From a virus (Duplodnaviria; Caudoviricetes), in the IMG/VR virus record IMGVR_UViG_3300009773_000100, positions 1 to 30,283 of that record: DNA of 30,283 nucleotides, one strand, 5' to 3'. A program made the translations under genes and the position numbers. Numbering within the stretch: position 1 is the stretch's first letter; each line of letters opens with the position of its first letter. Below are positions 1 to 8,370 of the stretch, one piece after another. The notes under the pieces are model-generated. The model worked only from the letters and a program-made list of their open reading frames with translations, did not search any database and was not told the origin of the DNA.

Positions 1-52
1 CGTTTTGCACATTGGATTCTGGATGTTTTCGGTGATTCCTAAGTAGCCTCAT

Positions 53-104
53 TCTCCTTCCCACGGGGCGGCGGGCTGATTCTCTCCCGGCTCGCCGCCC
101 TTCC
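53..104 (+). terminator. GC-rich stem-loop with CU-rich loop (possible terminator of an upstream gene, or regulatory RNA)
   Basis: 66-78 (gggcggcgggctg) pairs with 88-100 (cggctcgccgccc), 13 bp including 2 G-U; loop attctctcc. Follows stop codons at 40-46. No true U-tract. Confidence 0.5.
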
Positions 105-141
105 TTGTCTCCCGATTGTTCGATGTCTAACAGTACATATA

Positions 142-171
142 TTGACAATCGCATATCGTTTGTGATATACT
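142..171 (+). promoter_or_regulatory. sigma70-type promoter for the morphogenesis operon
   Basis: TTGACA at 142-147, 18-nt spacer, TG at 163-164 (extended -10) and TATACT at 166-171, in the AT-rich gap before the operon. Confidence 0.8.
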
Positions 172-191
172 GTGTTGCATAGGGCATATCA

Positions 192-380
192 ATGTACGGG
201 TACTGGGAACTGTCGGAGTTTTGGGTAAGTCAAGACGTGGCCGACCTTTCGAGCACGAATAGCCTGTCTGATGAGCGGCCTCATGTAGACGGGTTGGATG
301 ATTCGCGTTTCGCATGGCCCGAGCCGGGCAGTGAGCTCGTGGCGTTCATCAACTCGGTGTGGAGGGATACGTTTGAGTAA
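192..380 (+). CDS. hypothetical acidic protein (62 aa)
   Basis: First ORF after the promoter; weak RBS (aggg 181-184); its end overlaps the TTG start of the next gene. Confidence 0.5.
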   Translation: MYGYWELSEFWVSQDVADLSSTNSLSDERPHVDGLDDSRFAWPEPGSELVAFINSVWRDTFE

Positions 381-888
381 GCCGGTGTTCCCCGAGTTTG
401 AGTTCCTTCCACAACATGACTTTGGCAAGGACGACTACTACCTGAAGCTGTCGAATGGGATGGACGCGGATACGATTGCGTATTGCAAGGCGCTGGCGAA
501 GGCGGGTGGTGATACCAAGGGCGCGGTTAAGATCCTCAAACCCACGGCGCAGAGAAGCACGATAGCGAACGTAGCGCCGGACTTCAAAAAGAAGTACGCG
601 GGTACGCAGGCGGCGCGGCAACTCATTTCATATCTCGGGATGCTGATGACCAGTTACGACGATCATCAGCCGGTGACACTGGATGAAATCGTGCGGCAGA
701 CGGAGCGGGACTTCCGTAACCCGAGCACGGACGCGAAGACCCGGATGCAGCTGAGCGAGAAGATCATGAAGTGGCGGGGTCTGGATTGCGACACGGTAGA
801 CAAGACCACGGATCTGGAGGACAGCGAGATCCTTGCCACGATGGAATCGTTACGCAAGAAGCGGGGAGTGACGGCGGGAAGCAATTGA
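373..888 (+). CDS. putative terminase small subunit (171 aa; start re-assigned from 298 to TTG 373)
   Basis: GGAGG at 361-365 precedes the in-frame TTG. Helical, basic C-terminus. The call rests mainly on position upstream of the large terminase. Confidence 0.55.
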   Translation: MSKPVFPEFEFLPQHDFGKDDYYLKLSNGMDADTIAYCKALAKAGGDTKGAVKILKPTAQRSTIANVAPDFKKKYAGTQAARQLISYLGMLMTSYDDHQPVTLDEIVRQTERDFRNPSTDAKTRMQLSEKIMKWRGLDCDTVDKTTDLEDSEILATMESLRKKRGVTAGSN

Positions 889-1550
889 GCGGGACCAGCC
901 CATATTACGCCTTTAACCGGGCGGACATCGCACAGCACATCCCGGAATGGGCTACGCGGGTTCTGGATGTGGGTTGTGCCAGTGGGGCGTTTGGCGGTCT
1001 CCTGAAATCGTTGGGGGTCTCTGAGGTAATCGGCATCGAGGTGGAACCGGACGTGTGCGCTGCGGCGCAGGACGTTCTTGACTGTGCAATATGCGGGGAC
1101 ATCGAGACGATGTACCTGCCATTTGAGGGCGGCTACTTCGATTGCATCGTGTTCGGTGACGTGCTGGAACATTTGAAGAACCCCGGCGAAGTGTTGAAAC
1201 GGGTTGCGCCGTTCCTCGGGCCGGATGGCGAAGTGCTCGCGAGCATCCCCAATGTGCGGTTCTATGACGTGATTCGCGCCTTGGGTGAGGGCCGTTGGGA
1301 GTACCAAGACGCGGGGATTCTTGACCGGACGCATCTCCGGTTCTTTACGGCAGTGGAGATGCAGAAGCTGTTCGCGGACGCGGGGTATGAGGTGGTGACG
1401 CTGTTGCCGTTGTCTCAGGCGGTCGGGATTCCCCGGAACCCTGACGGCACGGTGACGATGGGCAAGGTAACGATTGGGCCTATAGACGAGGCGGAATACC
1501 AGGACTTGTTGACGTACCAATACCTGATAGGCGGGCGCAAATCGCTGTGA
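885..1550 (+). CDS. class I SAM-dependent methyltransferase of the glycan/glycosyltransferase-associated type (221 aa; start re-assigned from 771 to TTG 885)
   Basis: Motif I VLDVGCASG, VIGIE, FDCIVFGDVLEHLKNP, and SIPN...GILDRTHLRFFT. TTGA and GTGA overlaps with both neighbours. Confidence 0.9.
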   Translation: MSGTSPYYAFNRADIAQHIPEWATRVLDVGCASGAFGGLLKSLGVSEVIGIEVEPDVCAAAQDVLDCAICGDIETMYLPFEGGYFDCIVFGDVLEHLKNPGEVLKRVAPFLGPDGEVLASIPNVRFYDVIRALGEGRWEYQDAGILDRTHLRFFTAVEMQKLFADAGYEVVTLLPLSQAVGIPRNPDGTVTMGKVTIGPIDEAEYQDLLTYQYLIGGRKSL

Positions 1551-3187
1551 GTGTGATCGTCGATAAATACCTGTCGCTCACGCCAGCGGAACGCAAAGAG
1601 TTTCATCGGCTCCATCCGCGCAAGGCGGGGAAAGTGGAGTTTGAGGCGGTTCGCATGGCGGCGCGTGCGGACTTCTGGTATTTCCTAGACAAGATTCTAC
1701 GCATCCCTGTGTTGTATGGCCCGCTACATCGTCCGCTGGCCCGGTGGATGGGGTCATGGAGCAAGCCCGCAAAGCTGTGTCTGCTTCCTCGTGGGCATCT
1801 CAAGAGTTCGATATGCAACGCGGCGTTTACCGCGTGGGAAGTGTGCCGGAATCCTGAGATACGGATTCTGATTGTGTCACATAAGGCGGATGATGCGATC
1901 AAGTTTGTGGGGTGGGCGCGGTCGTATCTGGATTCACCTGGGGTTCGGAAGTATTTCCCCGAGATCACGCCGAAGATGAACAAGTCGGGGCGTCCTCAGA
2001 AGTGGTCGGGCAAGGGGCTGTTGCTACACCGGAACGGGCACTACAAAGAAGACACGGTTGAATACAGTTCGCACGATGCGCAGGTAACGGGTCGTCATTA
2101 CGACCTGGTTATCTTTGATGACCTCGTGACGAAAGATAGCGTTGCCAGTCCCGAACTGATGGCAAAGACTCGGGAATATCATCAGCACTGTCAAGCCCTG
2201 TTGGAACCGGGTGCGCGGGAAATGATGATTGGGACCCGGTATGACTTCTCGGATTTGTACGGGACGATCATCGAGACGCCCGAACTGGCTGGCGAATATG
2301 ACATCGTGGTGAAGTCGTGTTACGACGCGGCGGGCAAGCCTATTCTCCCGACCCGGTTCACGGAACTGGAGGACGATCTGCCGTGTCCTGAGAACCCGGC
2401 CAATGCGCGTAAGTCGTTGCCCGCTGTCAAGCGCAAGATGGGAACATGGGTGTATGCCTGCCAGTACGAAAATAATCCCGTACCCACGGACCTGCAAATC
2501 TTCAAACCGGAGTGGATACAGATCATCGACCGGGTTCCCGAAGGTCACATGCGGTACTTCCGTGTATGCGACCTGAGTTCCGAAAAGGAAACGAAGACCT
2601 CGTGGACTGCGATAGTGACGGGGGCTGTGGATTCGGACAGCAATGTCTATATCACGGACATCTTCTGGGGCAACTTCACGGGGCAGAAGATCATCGAGGA
2701 ACTTATCCGGGGCCAGCAGGTTGACGCGGATAAGCGTCCTGTCCGGGTGGGGATGGAACCGGGTCCGTATGAGCGTAGCCTGAAACCGTTCATGCGCCAG
2801 GAGATGATGAAGCAGAAGACCTATATTCCGTGGGCATGGTTGAAGGGTGAGCAGAGCGAGACGAACAAAGATGAACGCATTCGGGGGCTTCAGCCGTGGT
2901 TTGAGAACGGGATGATCTACTTCCTTCGCAACTGCCGGAACAGGGACAAGGCGGAAGAAGAACTAATCCGGTTCCCGCGATTCAAGCGCAAAGACATCAT
3001 CGATGCGCTTGCGCAGATAGAACACATCATGTTTCCGGGGAAGAAGCCGGAGACGAAATCCGCCACGCCGAAATACGAAGACTGGTTGGACCCGGCATTG
3101 ATCCAGGGTGATCAAACATGGATAGGCCAGGACCGCGTAATGGACGAATCGACAGCCATTCGCGTTTCTGCGATAGCGTACAACTGA
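1547..3187 (+). CDS. terL: terminase large subunit
   Basis: Walker A-like LLPRGHLKSS, Walker B GRHYDLVIFDDLV, coupling motif IGTRY, YACQYENNP, and nuclease motifs RVCDLS, NKDERI and DIIDALA. Confidence 0.93.
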   Translation: MSVIVDKYLSLTPAERKEFHRLHPRKAGKVEFEAVRMAARADFWYFLDKILRIPVLYGPLHRPLARWMGSWSKPAKLCLLPRGHLKSSICNAAFTAWEVCRNPEIRILIVSHKADDAIKFVGWARSYLDSPGVRKYFPEITPKMNKSGRPQKWSGKGLLLHRNGHYKEDTVEYSSHDAQVTGRHYDLVIFDDLVTKDSVASPELMAKTREYHQHCQALLEPGAREMMIGTRYDFSDLYGTIIETPELAGEYDIVVKSCYDAAGKPILPTRFTELEDDLPCPENPANARKSLPAVKRKMGTWVYACQYENNPVPTDLQIFKPEWIQIIDRVPEGHMRYFRVCDLSSEKETKTSWTAIVTGAVDSDSNVYITDIFWGNFTGQKIIEELIRGQQVDADKRPVRVGMEPGPYERSLKPFMRQEMMKQKTYIPWAWLKGEQSETNKDERIRGLQPWFENGMIYFLRNCRNRDKAEEELIRFPRFKRKDIIDALAQIEHIMFPGKKPETKSATPKYEDWLDPALIQGDQTWIGQDRVMDESTAIRVSAIAYN

Positions 3188-5070
3188 TGAAACTTCCCAC
3201 CAATGTAGGTAAAGACGAACTCCGGGTATGGGAATCGCGCATCATGCGGGCATATAAGGCGCGTGAGAAACACGAGTTGCGCTGGCAGAGGCTGAGGGAG
3301 TTCTACCGGGGGAACTATTACGGTTCGGTGAAGTATGAGGACCGGATCGCTATCAACTGGATGCTGGTGAACATCCGTCAGATGATGGCGTCTTTGTACT
3401 TCCAGAACCCCACGATGTTCTTTAAGGGGAACACGCCGTTGGGTGAAGCGGTAGCCCCGGTGATGGAGCAGGTGCTGGTACGCGAACGTCAGATAATGGG
3501 GGCGCAGGACCAGGAGCGCGAAATGCTGTGGAACGCGCTCATGTATGGCACGGGGATACTGAAGCACGGGTACAACGCGGAATACGACATGGACGAGCCG
3601 TATGCGGATGACCGTGCGTTGCCGGGGTATCAGGGGAGCAGCGATATACGGTCGGGCACGGATGAAGATTTGAACCTTCCCCAAGCCCCGGTGGTGGAAC
3701 ACAACACGGCTATCCGGTACGGGCATCCGTGGAAGAAGTGTATCAGTCCGTTTGATTTTTTGTCAGACCCGGAGGCGCGTACACCGGATGAAGCGCGGTG
3801 GTTTGCGCATGTAATCAACCGTCCGTTTGTGGACGTGATTCGGGATAGCCGGTACGACAAGGAAGCGCGTGCCCAGGTAGAACCGACGGGGCACAGCGAG
3901 CACGGCAACGATCCATCGGCTACTACATCGAGTTGGCGGGAAGATGAAGTGTCCCGCGATTCGTCGATGGTGACGCTGTATGAGATTTTCGACAAGGTAA
4001 CGCAGACGGTCATTGTGTGGAAGTGGGGGCTTGACCGCCCGTTGCTTGTAAAACCGTATCCGTTCTTTGGTCAGGAAGGTCCGTATGTGTTTCTCCAGTT
4101 CCTTCCTGACGATGATGACTTTTGGGGTCTGAGCTACGCGGATTCGTTTAGTGACCAGATCCAGGTACTGAATAAGATGCGCACGCAGATGATGGATCAT
4201 CTGCAACGGTGGGGGGCCACACGGGGGGCGTTCCGCACGGGATCCGTGAACCCGGATGATGTGCGGAAGTTCGTTACGAATACGAACAGCTTTGTTGAGG
4301 TGATGGGCGCGGACCGTATCAGTGACGCCCTCGAAATCTTCCCGCATGTGCCGATAGCGGGTGATGCGTGGAAGCTGACGGAACTGTTTCAGCGCGACCT
4401 TGACGAGGTGTCAGGTATATCGGAGTTGGCGCAAGGGTCTGGTCATGGGGTCCAGACCGCGACCGAAGCGAGCTACATTCAGCAACAGAGCGGGTTGCGC
4501 GTGGGAGATATGCGGTTCCTTCTGGAACGGGCATTGGTCAAGAGTACGCGCAAAGATGTGTCGATGTTGCGCCAGTTTTGGGGACCGGAACGGGTGGTCC
4601 CGCTGGTTGGGGATGACGGGCGCGTCTGGCAGATGGTGTCTCTGTCTCAAGACCTGGTTGCCGCCGATTACGAGGTAACGATTGAGCCGGGGTCAACCGA
4701 GCGCGTGGATAAGAGCGTTCGCGTCCGGCAGACGATTGACGCGATGGCTCAGTTGATTCCGTTGATGCCATACCTTCAGCAGATGGGGTTCACGTTGAAC
4801 GTGCCTGAACTGGTACGGACCTATCTTCGCAATACGGAAGTGTTCAGGAACCCGGAACGGATCATTGTGCAGTTGCCGCCGATGGCTCCTCAGCCGATGC
4901 AGCTGGAAGGGCCGCAGGGGAATGACGCTGCGGCAACGCCGCAGGAAGCGCAGGCGCAGCTTCCGGCCAGTACGCCGGTGAACAACATGAACCAGATGCC
5001 GTGGGAAACGGACCCGGCTCAGATGGGACAGATGTTTAGTCGGCGTATTTTTGAGGGAGGCCCGAGGTAA
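3187..5070 (+). CDS. portal protein (627 aa; start re-assigned to ATG 3187)
   Basis: TGATG overlap with terL. ALMYGTGILK, ISPFDFLSDP, VTLYEIFD and SGISELAQG...TATEA are typical of podovirus-type portals. Q/P-rich tail. Confidence 0.88.
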   Translation: MKLPTNVGKDELRVWESRIMRAYKAREKHELRWQRLREFYRGNYYGSVKYEDRIAINWMLVNIRQMMASLYFQNPTMFFKGNTPLGEAVAPVMEQVLVRERQIMGAQDQEREMLWNALMYGTGILKHGYNAEYDMDEPYADDRALPGYQGSSDIRSGTDEDLNLPQAPVVEHNTAIRYGHPWKKCISPFDFLSDPEARTPDEARWFAHVINRPFVDVIRDSRYDKEARAQVEPTGHSEHGNDPSATTSSWREDEVSRDSSMVTLYEIFDKVTQTVIVWKWGLDRPLLVKPYPFFGQEGPYVFLQFLPDDDDFWGLSYADSFSDQIQVLNKMRTQMMDHLQRWGATRGAFRTGSVNPDDVRKFVTNTNSFVEVMGADRISDALEIFPHVPIAGDAWKLTELFQRDLDEVSGISELAQGSGHGVQTATEASYIQQQSGLRVGDMRFLLERALVKSTRKDVSMLRQFWGPERVVPLVGDDGRVWQMVSLSQDLVAADYEVTIEPGSTERVDKSVRVRQTIDAMAQLIPLMPYLQQMGFTLNVPELVRTYLRNTEVFRNPERIIVQLPPMAPQPMQLEGPQGNDAAATPQEAQAQLPASTPVNNMNQMPWETDPAQMGQMFSRRIFEGGPR

Positions 5071-5417
5071 TGCCTCACTACAGTTTTGAATGTGACGATT
5101 GCGAACAGGAGTACATCGAATACTACAAGGCGAGCGAGGTGCCCAAGACCAGCGTATGCCCGAAGTGTGAAGGGACTACGGTGCGGACGTTCAAGCCGAT
5201 GCAGATTAGCATCTTTCATGAGTATGTAACGCCGCACATCACGGGGGAGCCGATGTTGATTCGCAGTCGGAACCACGAGAAAGACGTGTGCCAAGCGAAT
5301 GGGGTGATGCGGGTCACGGCGGATGAATTTAACACGCCCCGTAAACGTCAGCCGGTGAAGCTGGGGTCGTTCAAGGAAGATTACGAGCGCACGCGGCATG
5401 AAATGGGGGTCGTATGA
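5070..5417 (+). CDS. FmdB-like zinc-ribbon protein
   Basis: MPHYSFECDDC...CPKC pattern; TAATG overlap with the portal stop. Confidence 0.8.
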   Translation: MPHYSFECDDCEQEYIEYYKASEVPKTSVCPKCEGTTVRTFKPMQISIFHEYVTPHITGEPMLIRSRNHEKDVCQANGVMRVTADEFNTPRKRQPVKLGSFKEDYERTRHEMGVV

Positions 5418-5617
5418 TGAGTCTGGCAACCAATAAAGCGAGCGAAATCAGGGCGCAAATAGCGGTGCTCCAATCGAAGCTGGACATGCTTGAGGCGCAA
5501 GACGGGAAGGTACTGAAGTTTGTGGACAGTCTCAAGGCGGATGGGGCATTGCCCGATCTGCCCTCGATTGAGACTATCGCAAAGATCGTTGATAGGTGGG
5601 TGAAATTTACAGGCTGA
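5414..5617 (+). CDS. hypothetical protein with N-terminal coiled coil (67 aa)
   Basis: ATGA overlap; heptad-like IRAQIAVLQSKLDMLE. Confidence 0.7.
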   Translation: MMSLATNKASEIRAQIAVLQSKLDMLEAQDGKVLKFVDSLKADGALPDLPSIETIAKIVDRWVKFTG

Positions 5618-5618
5618 A

Positions 5619-5646
5619 CTGTGATGACGCCGTGAGGCAATCGCAG
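5619..5646 (+). promoter_or_regulatory. hairpin with GNRA (GUGA) tetraloop in the scaffold leader
   Basis: ctgtgat (5619-5625) pairs with atcgcag (5640-5646); inner gcc-GTGA-ggc; ends 8 nt before AAGGAG (5655-5660). Confidence 0.4.
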
Positions 5647-5665
5647 CAATCGGCAAGGAGCAAGC

Positions 5666-6559
5666 ATGGACGAGTTGAAGCAGGCCGCGCTAGGCGGTCA
5701 GAACGTTGAACCCGAATCGGACGTATTCTCGGACGCGGTAGCGCCCGGCAACGAATACGGAAACAGCGCGGGCGATTCGTTCGTTGAGGACAAGGGCGTA
5801 ACGGGCGGTATCGGTATGCCGAAGGAGACGGGCGGGTCTCCGTTGGAAACGCCAGTGGATAACCCCGATCTGGAATCGATGCGGCGTTCGATGCAGGCGG
5901 ACTACACCCGGAAGACCCAGGAGCTTGCCGACCAGCGGCGGGAACTGGAACGCCAGATGGCTTATGTTTCTCAGCTGCAATATATGCAGACGATGGGACA
6001 ACAGCCGACTAACGCACAAGTACAGGAAATGAAAGGAATCCTCGACAGGCTTCCTCCGACTACCCGTGCATTGATGGAACCCGAAGCCCAACAGATCCTT
6101 GAGATCATGGAGACGGTGATCCGCGATGAGGTAGAAAGCCGGATGAAGTCTGCGATCAACGGTGACGAAATCGGCGCGTTGAAACGCAACATCGAGGAGT
6201 TGAAGAACCAGCAGTGGTTGAACGCGAAACAGGCTGAGGCGAATGCGATCACAGCGAAATACGGTAATGACAAGATTCAACCGTACCTGACGCAAATCGC
6301 GGGGGTGCTTCAGCAGAATCGCAATTTGACGGTGGAACAGGCGTTGATGCATGTGGCCCCGCATGTGATCCAGCAGTATTGGATGGAACAGGGCGTGCGC
6401 CACGCGCATACGCAGAAACAGCGACAACAGCAAGCCGCGTTAGAGGCGATGCGGTCTGGGCCTAGCGCGAACCCATTGACGGGGTTCCGCGAGGGTGAAT
6501 CCATGTGGGATTCGGCTCAGGCCGTGATGGGCGCTTCAGCGGCGAATTTGGAGCAATAG
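5666..6559 (+). CDS. capsid scaffolding protein
   Basis: Acidic disordered N-terminus, QADYTRKTQELA motif, coiled coils; directly upstream of the capsid gene; AAGGAG RBS. Confidence 0.85.
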   Translation: MDELKQAALGGQNVEPESDVFSDAVAPGNEYGNSAGDSFVEDKGVTGGIGMPKETGGSPLETPVDNPDLESMRRSMQADYTRKTQELADQRRELERQMAYVSQLQYMQTMGQQPTNAQVQEMKGILDRLPPTTRALMEPEAQQILEIMETVIRDEVESRMKSAINGDEIGALKRNIEELKNQQWLNAKQAEANAITAKYGNDKIQPYLTQIAGVLQQNRNLTVEQALMHVAPHVIQQYWMEQGVRHAHTQKQRQQQAALEAMRSGPSANPLTGFREGESMWDSAQAVMGASAANLEQ

Positions 6560-6572
6560 GAGTATCTAAACC

Positions 6573-7589
6573 ATGGCGGCAACATCGCAAAGCCTTGTCA
6601 ATGATGTTGTATTGTCCAGTACCCTTCAGCGGCGCTCGCAGGGCTATGAGAACCAGATTAGCCAGCAGATCCCGTTGTTTTACTGGCTCAAGCGAAAGGG
6701 CCAGTACAAGCCGGTCAATGGCGGTACGCGGATTGAATGGGCGGTGGAGTATGGGCTGGACGATTCGGAAGAATCCTACAGCGGGTACGATGAGTTCACG
6801 CTTCCCGAGCAGGACAATGTAACGATTGCCTATGCGAACTGGAAGCAGGCGTACAAGTCGATTGTGATCAGCGGTCGTGACCGGATGATTAACACGGGCC
6901 AGAAGATTTTCGATCTGCTTGAGCAGAAAGAGAAGAATGCGATTGAGAGTCTGCAACAGCAGATGAACGAGCGGTTCTATTCGGATGGCACGGGCAACGA
7001 CAGCAAACGGGTAACTGGTCTTGGCGCGATCATCGCGGAAACGCCCACGAGCGGCACTCTGTTCGGGATCAATCGGGCGAATGAGGCGTGGTGGCGGAAT
7101 CAGGGAAAGGATACTAACGCCGCGTATTGGGACAAGACCAATGACCTTCCGACGATGCGGAATGACATGGTGGAACTGTGGTTGAAGTGCGGTCGTCTTG
7201 CGGCTGGTGGGAAGAAGGATCGGTATCCCGACCTGATTCTTGGCAGCGAAAACTACTATATGTATTACGACCGTACCTGTTCGAAGATTGGTCAGCGGTT
7301 CGTGAACACCAATGCGGCGGATGCCGGGTTTACCAATCTGAAGTTCATGGGTGCGACGTTGATTCATGATTACGACTGTCCGCAGGACGCGGGGGGCGCG
7401 GAAAAAGCGTTCTTCATCAACAGCCGTTTCATGCAGTTGAAGTACCACCCGCAGCGGAACTTCAAGGTCACCGCGTTGCAGTCCCCCGAAAACCAGGATG
7501 CTTTCGTTGCCAAGGTGCTTTGGATGGGTGAACTCATCTGCACCAACTGCGCCAAGCAGGGGCTTCACGAAGGCGTCAAACTGTCGTAA
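6573..7589 (+). CDS. major capsid protein
   Basis: 338 aa; PLFYWL..KG....NGG.RI...VEY....SYSGYD and FYSDGTGN...VTGL patterns seen in phage capsids; follows the scaffold; AGGAG RBS. Confidence 0.88.
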   Translation: MAATSQSLVNDVVLSSTLQRRSQGYENQISQQIPLFYWLKRKGQYKPVNGGTRIEWAVEYGLDDSEESYSGYDEFTLPEQDNVTIAYANWKQAYKSIVISGRDRMINTGQKIFDLLEQKEKNAIESLQQQMNERFYSDGTGNDSKRVTGLGAIIAETPTSGTLFGINRANEAWWRNQGKDTNAAYWDKTNDLPTMRNDMVELWLKCGRLAAGGKKDRYPDLILGSENYYMYYDRTCSKIGQRFVNTNAADAGFTNLKFMGATLIHDYDCPQDAGGAEKAFFINSRFMQLKYHPQRNFKVTALQSPENQDAFVAKVLWMGELICTNCAKQGLHEGVKLS

Positions 7590-7600
7590 GGAGGACAGTC

Positions 7601-8035
7601 ATGAACTGGAAACTGTTGCATGGTATTGGTTCCGACGATGGCCCGGAAAAGTGCTATCTGACCGGGTACAACGGAACGGGCGCGGCTGTGGCCGCTGGTA
7701 CTCCCGTATGTTGGGATTCGAGCACTGCGGATGGCCGCACTTTCGTTGCGCCCGCCACGGCCAACTTCAAGCTGGTTGCGGGTGTTGCTGAAGAAGCGGT
7801 CGGCACAGCCGAATACACCTCGAAGATCGTTGCGTATGGTCCCGTGAATGCGGTGACGTATGGCACAGCTACGAACTTCATTCCTGGGGTCTCCCTGATT
7901 CTGGTGAATGCGAAGACGCATCTTTCCTACGGTACGGACGGTCAGCTTGCGGGTCAGTTGCCGGTGTTTGTGGCTCTTGCTACGAACGCGACGGCTACGC
8001 CGAGCCTTACCAAGGTTTTCGTGCGGGCGATCTAG
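7601..8035 (+). CDS. putative capsid decoration/cement protein
   Basis: 144 aa, A/G/T/V-rich beta-type sequence (NGTGAAVAAGTPVCW, VAGVAEEAV, IVAYGP) right after the capsid gene; AGGAGG RBS. Confidence 0.65.
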   Translation: MNWKLLHGIGSDDGPEKCYLTGYNGTGAAVAAGTPVCWDSSTADGRTFVAPATANFKLVAGVAEEAVGTAEYTSKIVAYGPVNAVTYGTATNFIPGVSLILVNAKTHLSYGTDGQLAGQLPVFVALATNATATPSLTKVFVRAI

Positions 8036-8115
8036 TCTCCCTCCCGTAAGGGGGGCAGGGATTTTCTCCCCTCCGGTCCCTGCCCCCCGCTTCCCTACAT
8101 GGAGGGGTAGGAGGG
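8036..8115 (+). promoter_or_regulatory. structured intergenic RNA (terminator/attenuator-like) between capsid genes and the glycosyltransferase cassette
   Basis: 8050-8063 pairs with 8075-8088 (12 Watson-Crick plus 2 G-U); loop ttctcccctcc; alternative pairings with downstream GGAGG motifs. Confidence 0.6.
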
Positions 8116-8118
8116 CAT

Positions 8119-8370
8119 TTGAAGATGTTTGGACGGTGTAAGGGATGTGGCCTGTTGCGTTGGATCACGCCGACGTATATGACGCGGTACGGGATCGAGT
8201 GTCCGCGATGCGGGTCTCAGCTAGTGCAACATGCGCGGGTGAGATTCTTTGAGCGGTTCAAGCTGTTGTACTGGTACTTGTGGGAGCACGCACAGACGGA
8301 ACATTCGCGGTGGTGGTTGAACCCGGTGGATGTGGCGCGGGGTGTGTATCACGGCTTGAGGGTACGGTAA
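8119..8370 (+). CDS. small Zn-finger protein (CxxC...CxxC) with aromatic C-terminus
   Basis: CKGC and CPRC; GGAGG motifs at 8101 and 8110; TAATG coupling to the next gene. Confidence 0.7.
   Translation: MKMFGRCKGCGLLRWITPTYMTRYGIECPRCGSQLVQHARVRFFERFKLLYWYLWEHAQTEHSRWWLNPVDVARGVYHGLRVR

Noticed and set aside
1-52. Minus-strand ORF starting at ATG 52 (MRLLRNHRKH...) and running off the window
   Set aside because: AAGGAG lies only 1 nt from the ATG and just 17 codons are visible; it cannot be told apart from the end of a + strand gene.
298-372. N-terminal extensions given by the ORF track (starts 298, 771, 3118, 8280, 13824, 21286, 27350)
   Set aside because: Downstream starts have SD motifs or stop/start overlaps, and the extensions overlap upstream genes with non-protein-like sequence.
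666-1520. Long minus-strand ORFs opposite structural genes (also 5690-6433, 6462-7568, 9063-9863, 14064-14951, 23305-24240)
   Set aside because: Antisense shadows of GC-rich, codon-biased genes, with no motifs or RBS, while the + frames carry clear family signatures.
5614-5627. Box D/box C-like words (CTGA, GTGATGA) suggesting a kink-turn RNA
   Set aside because: CTGA includes the upstream stop codon and the geometry does not form a K-turn; likely chance.
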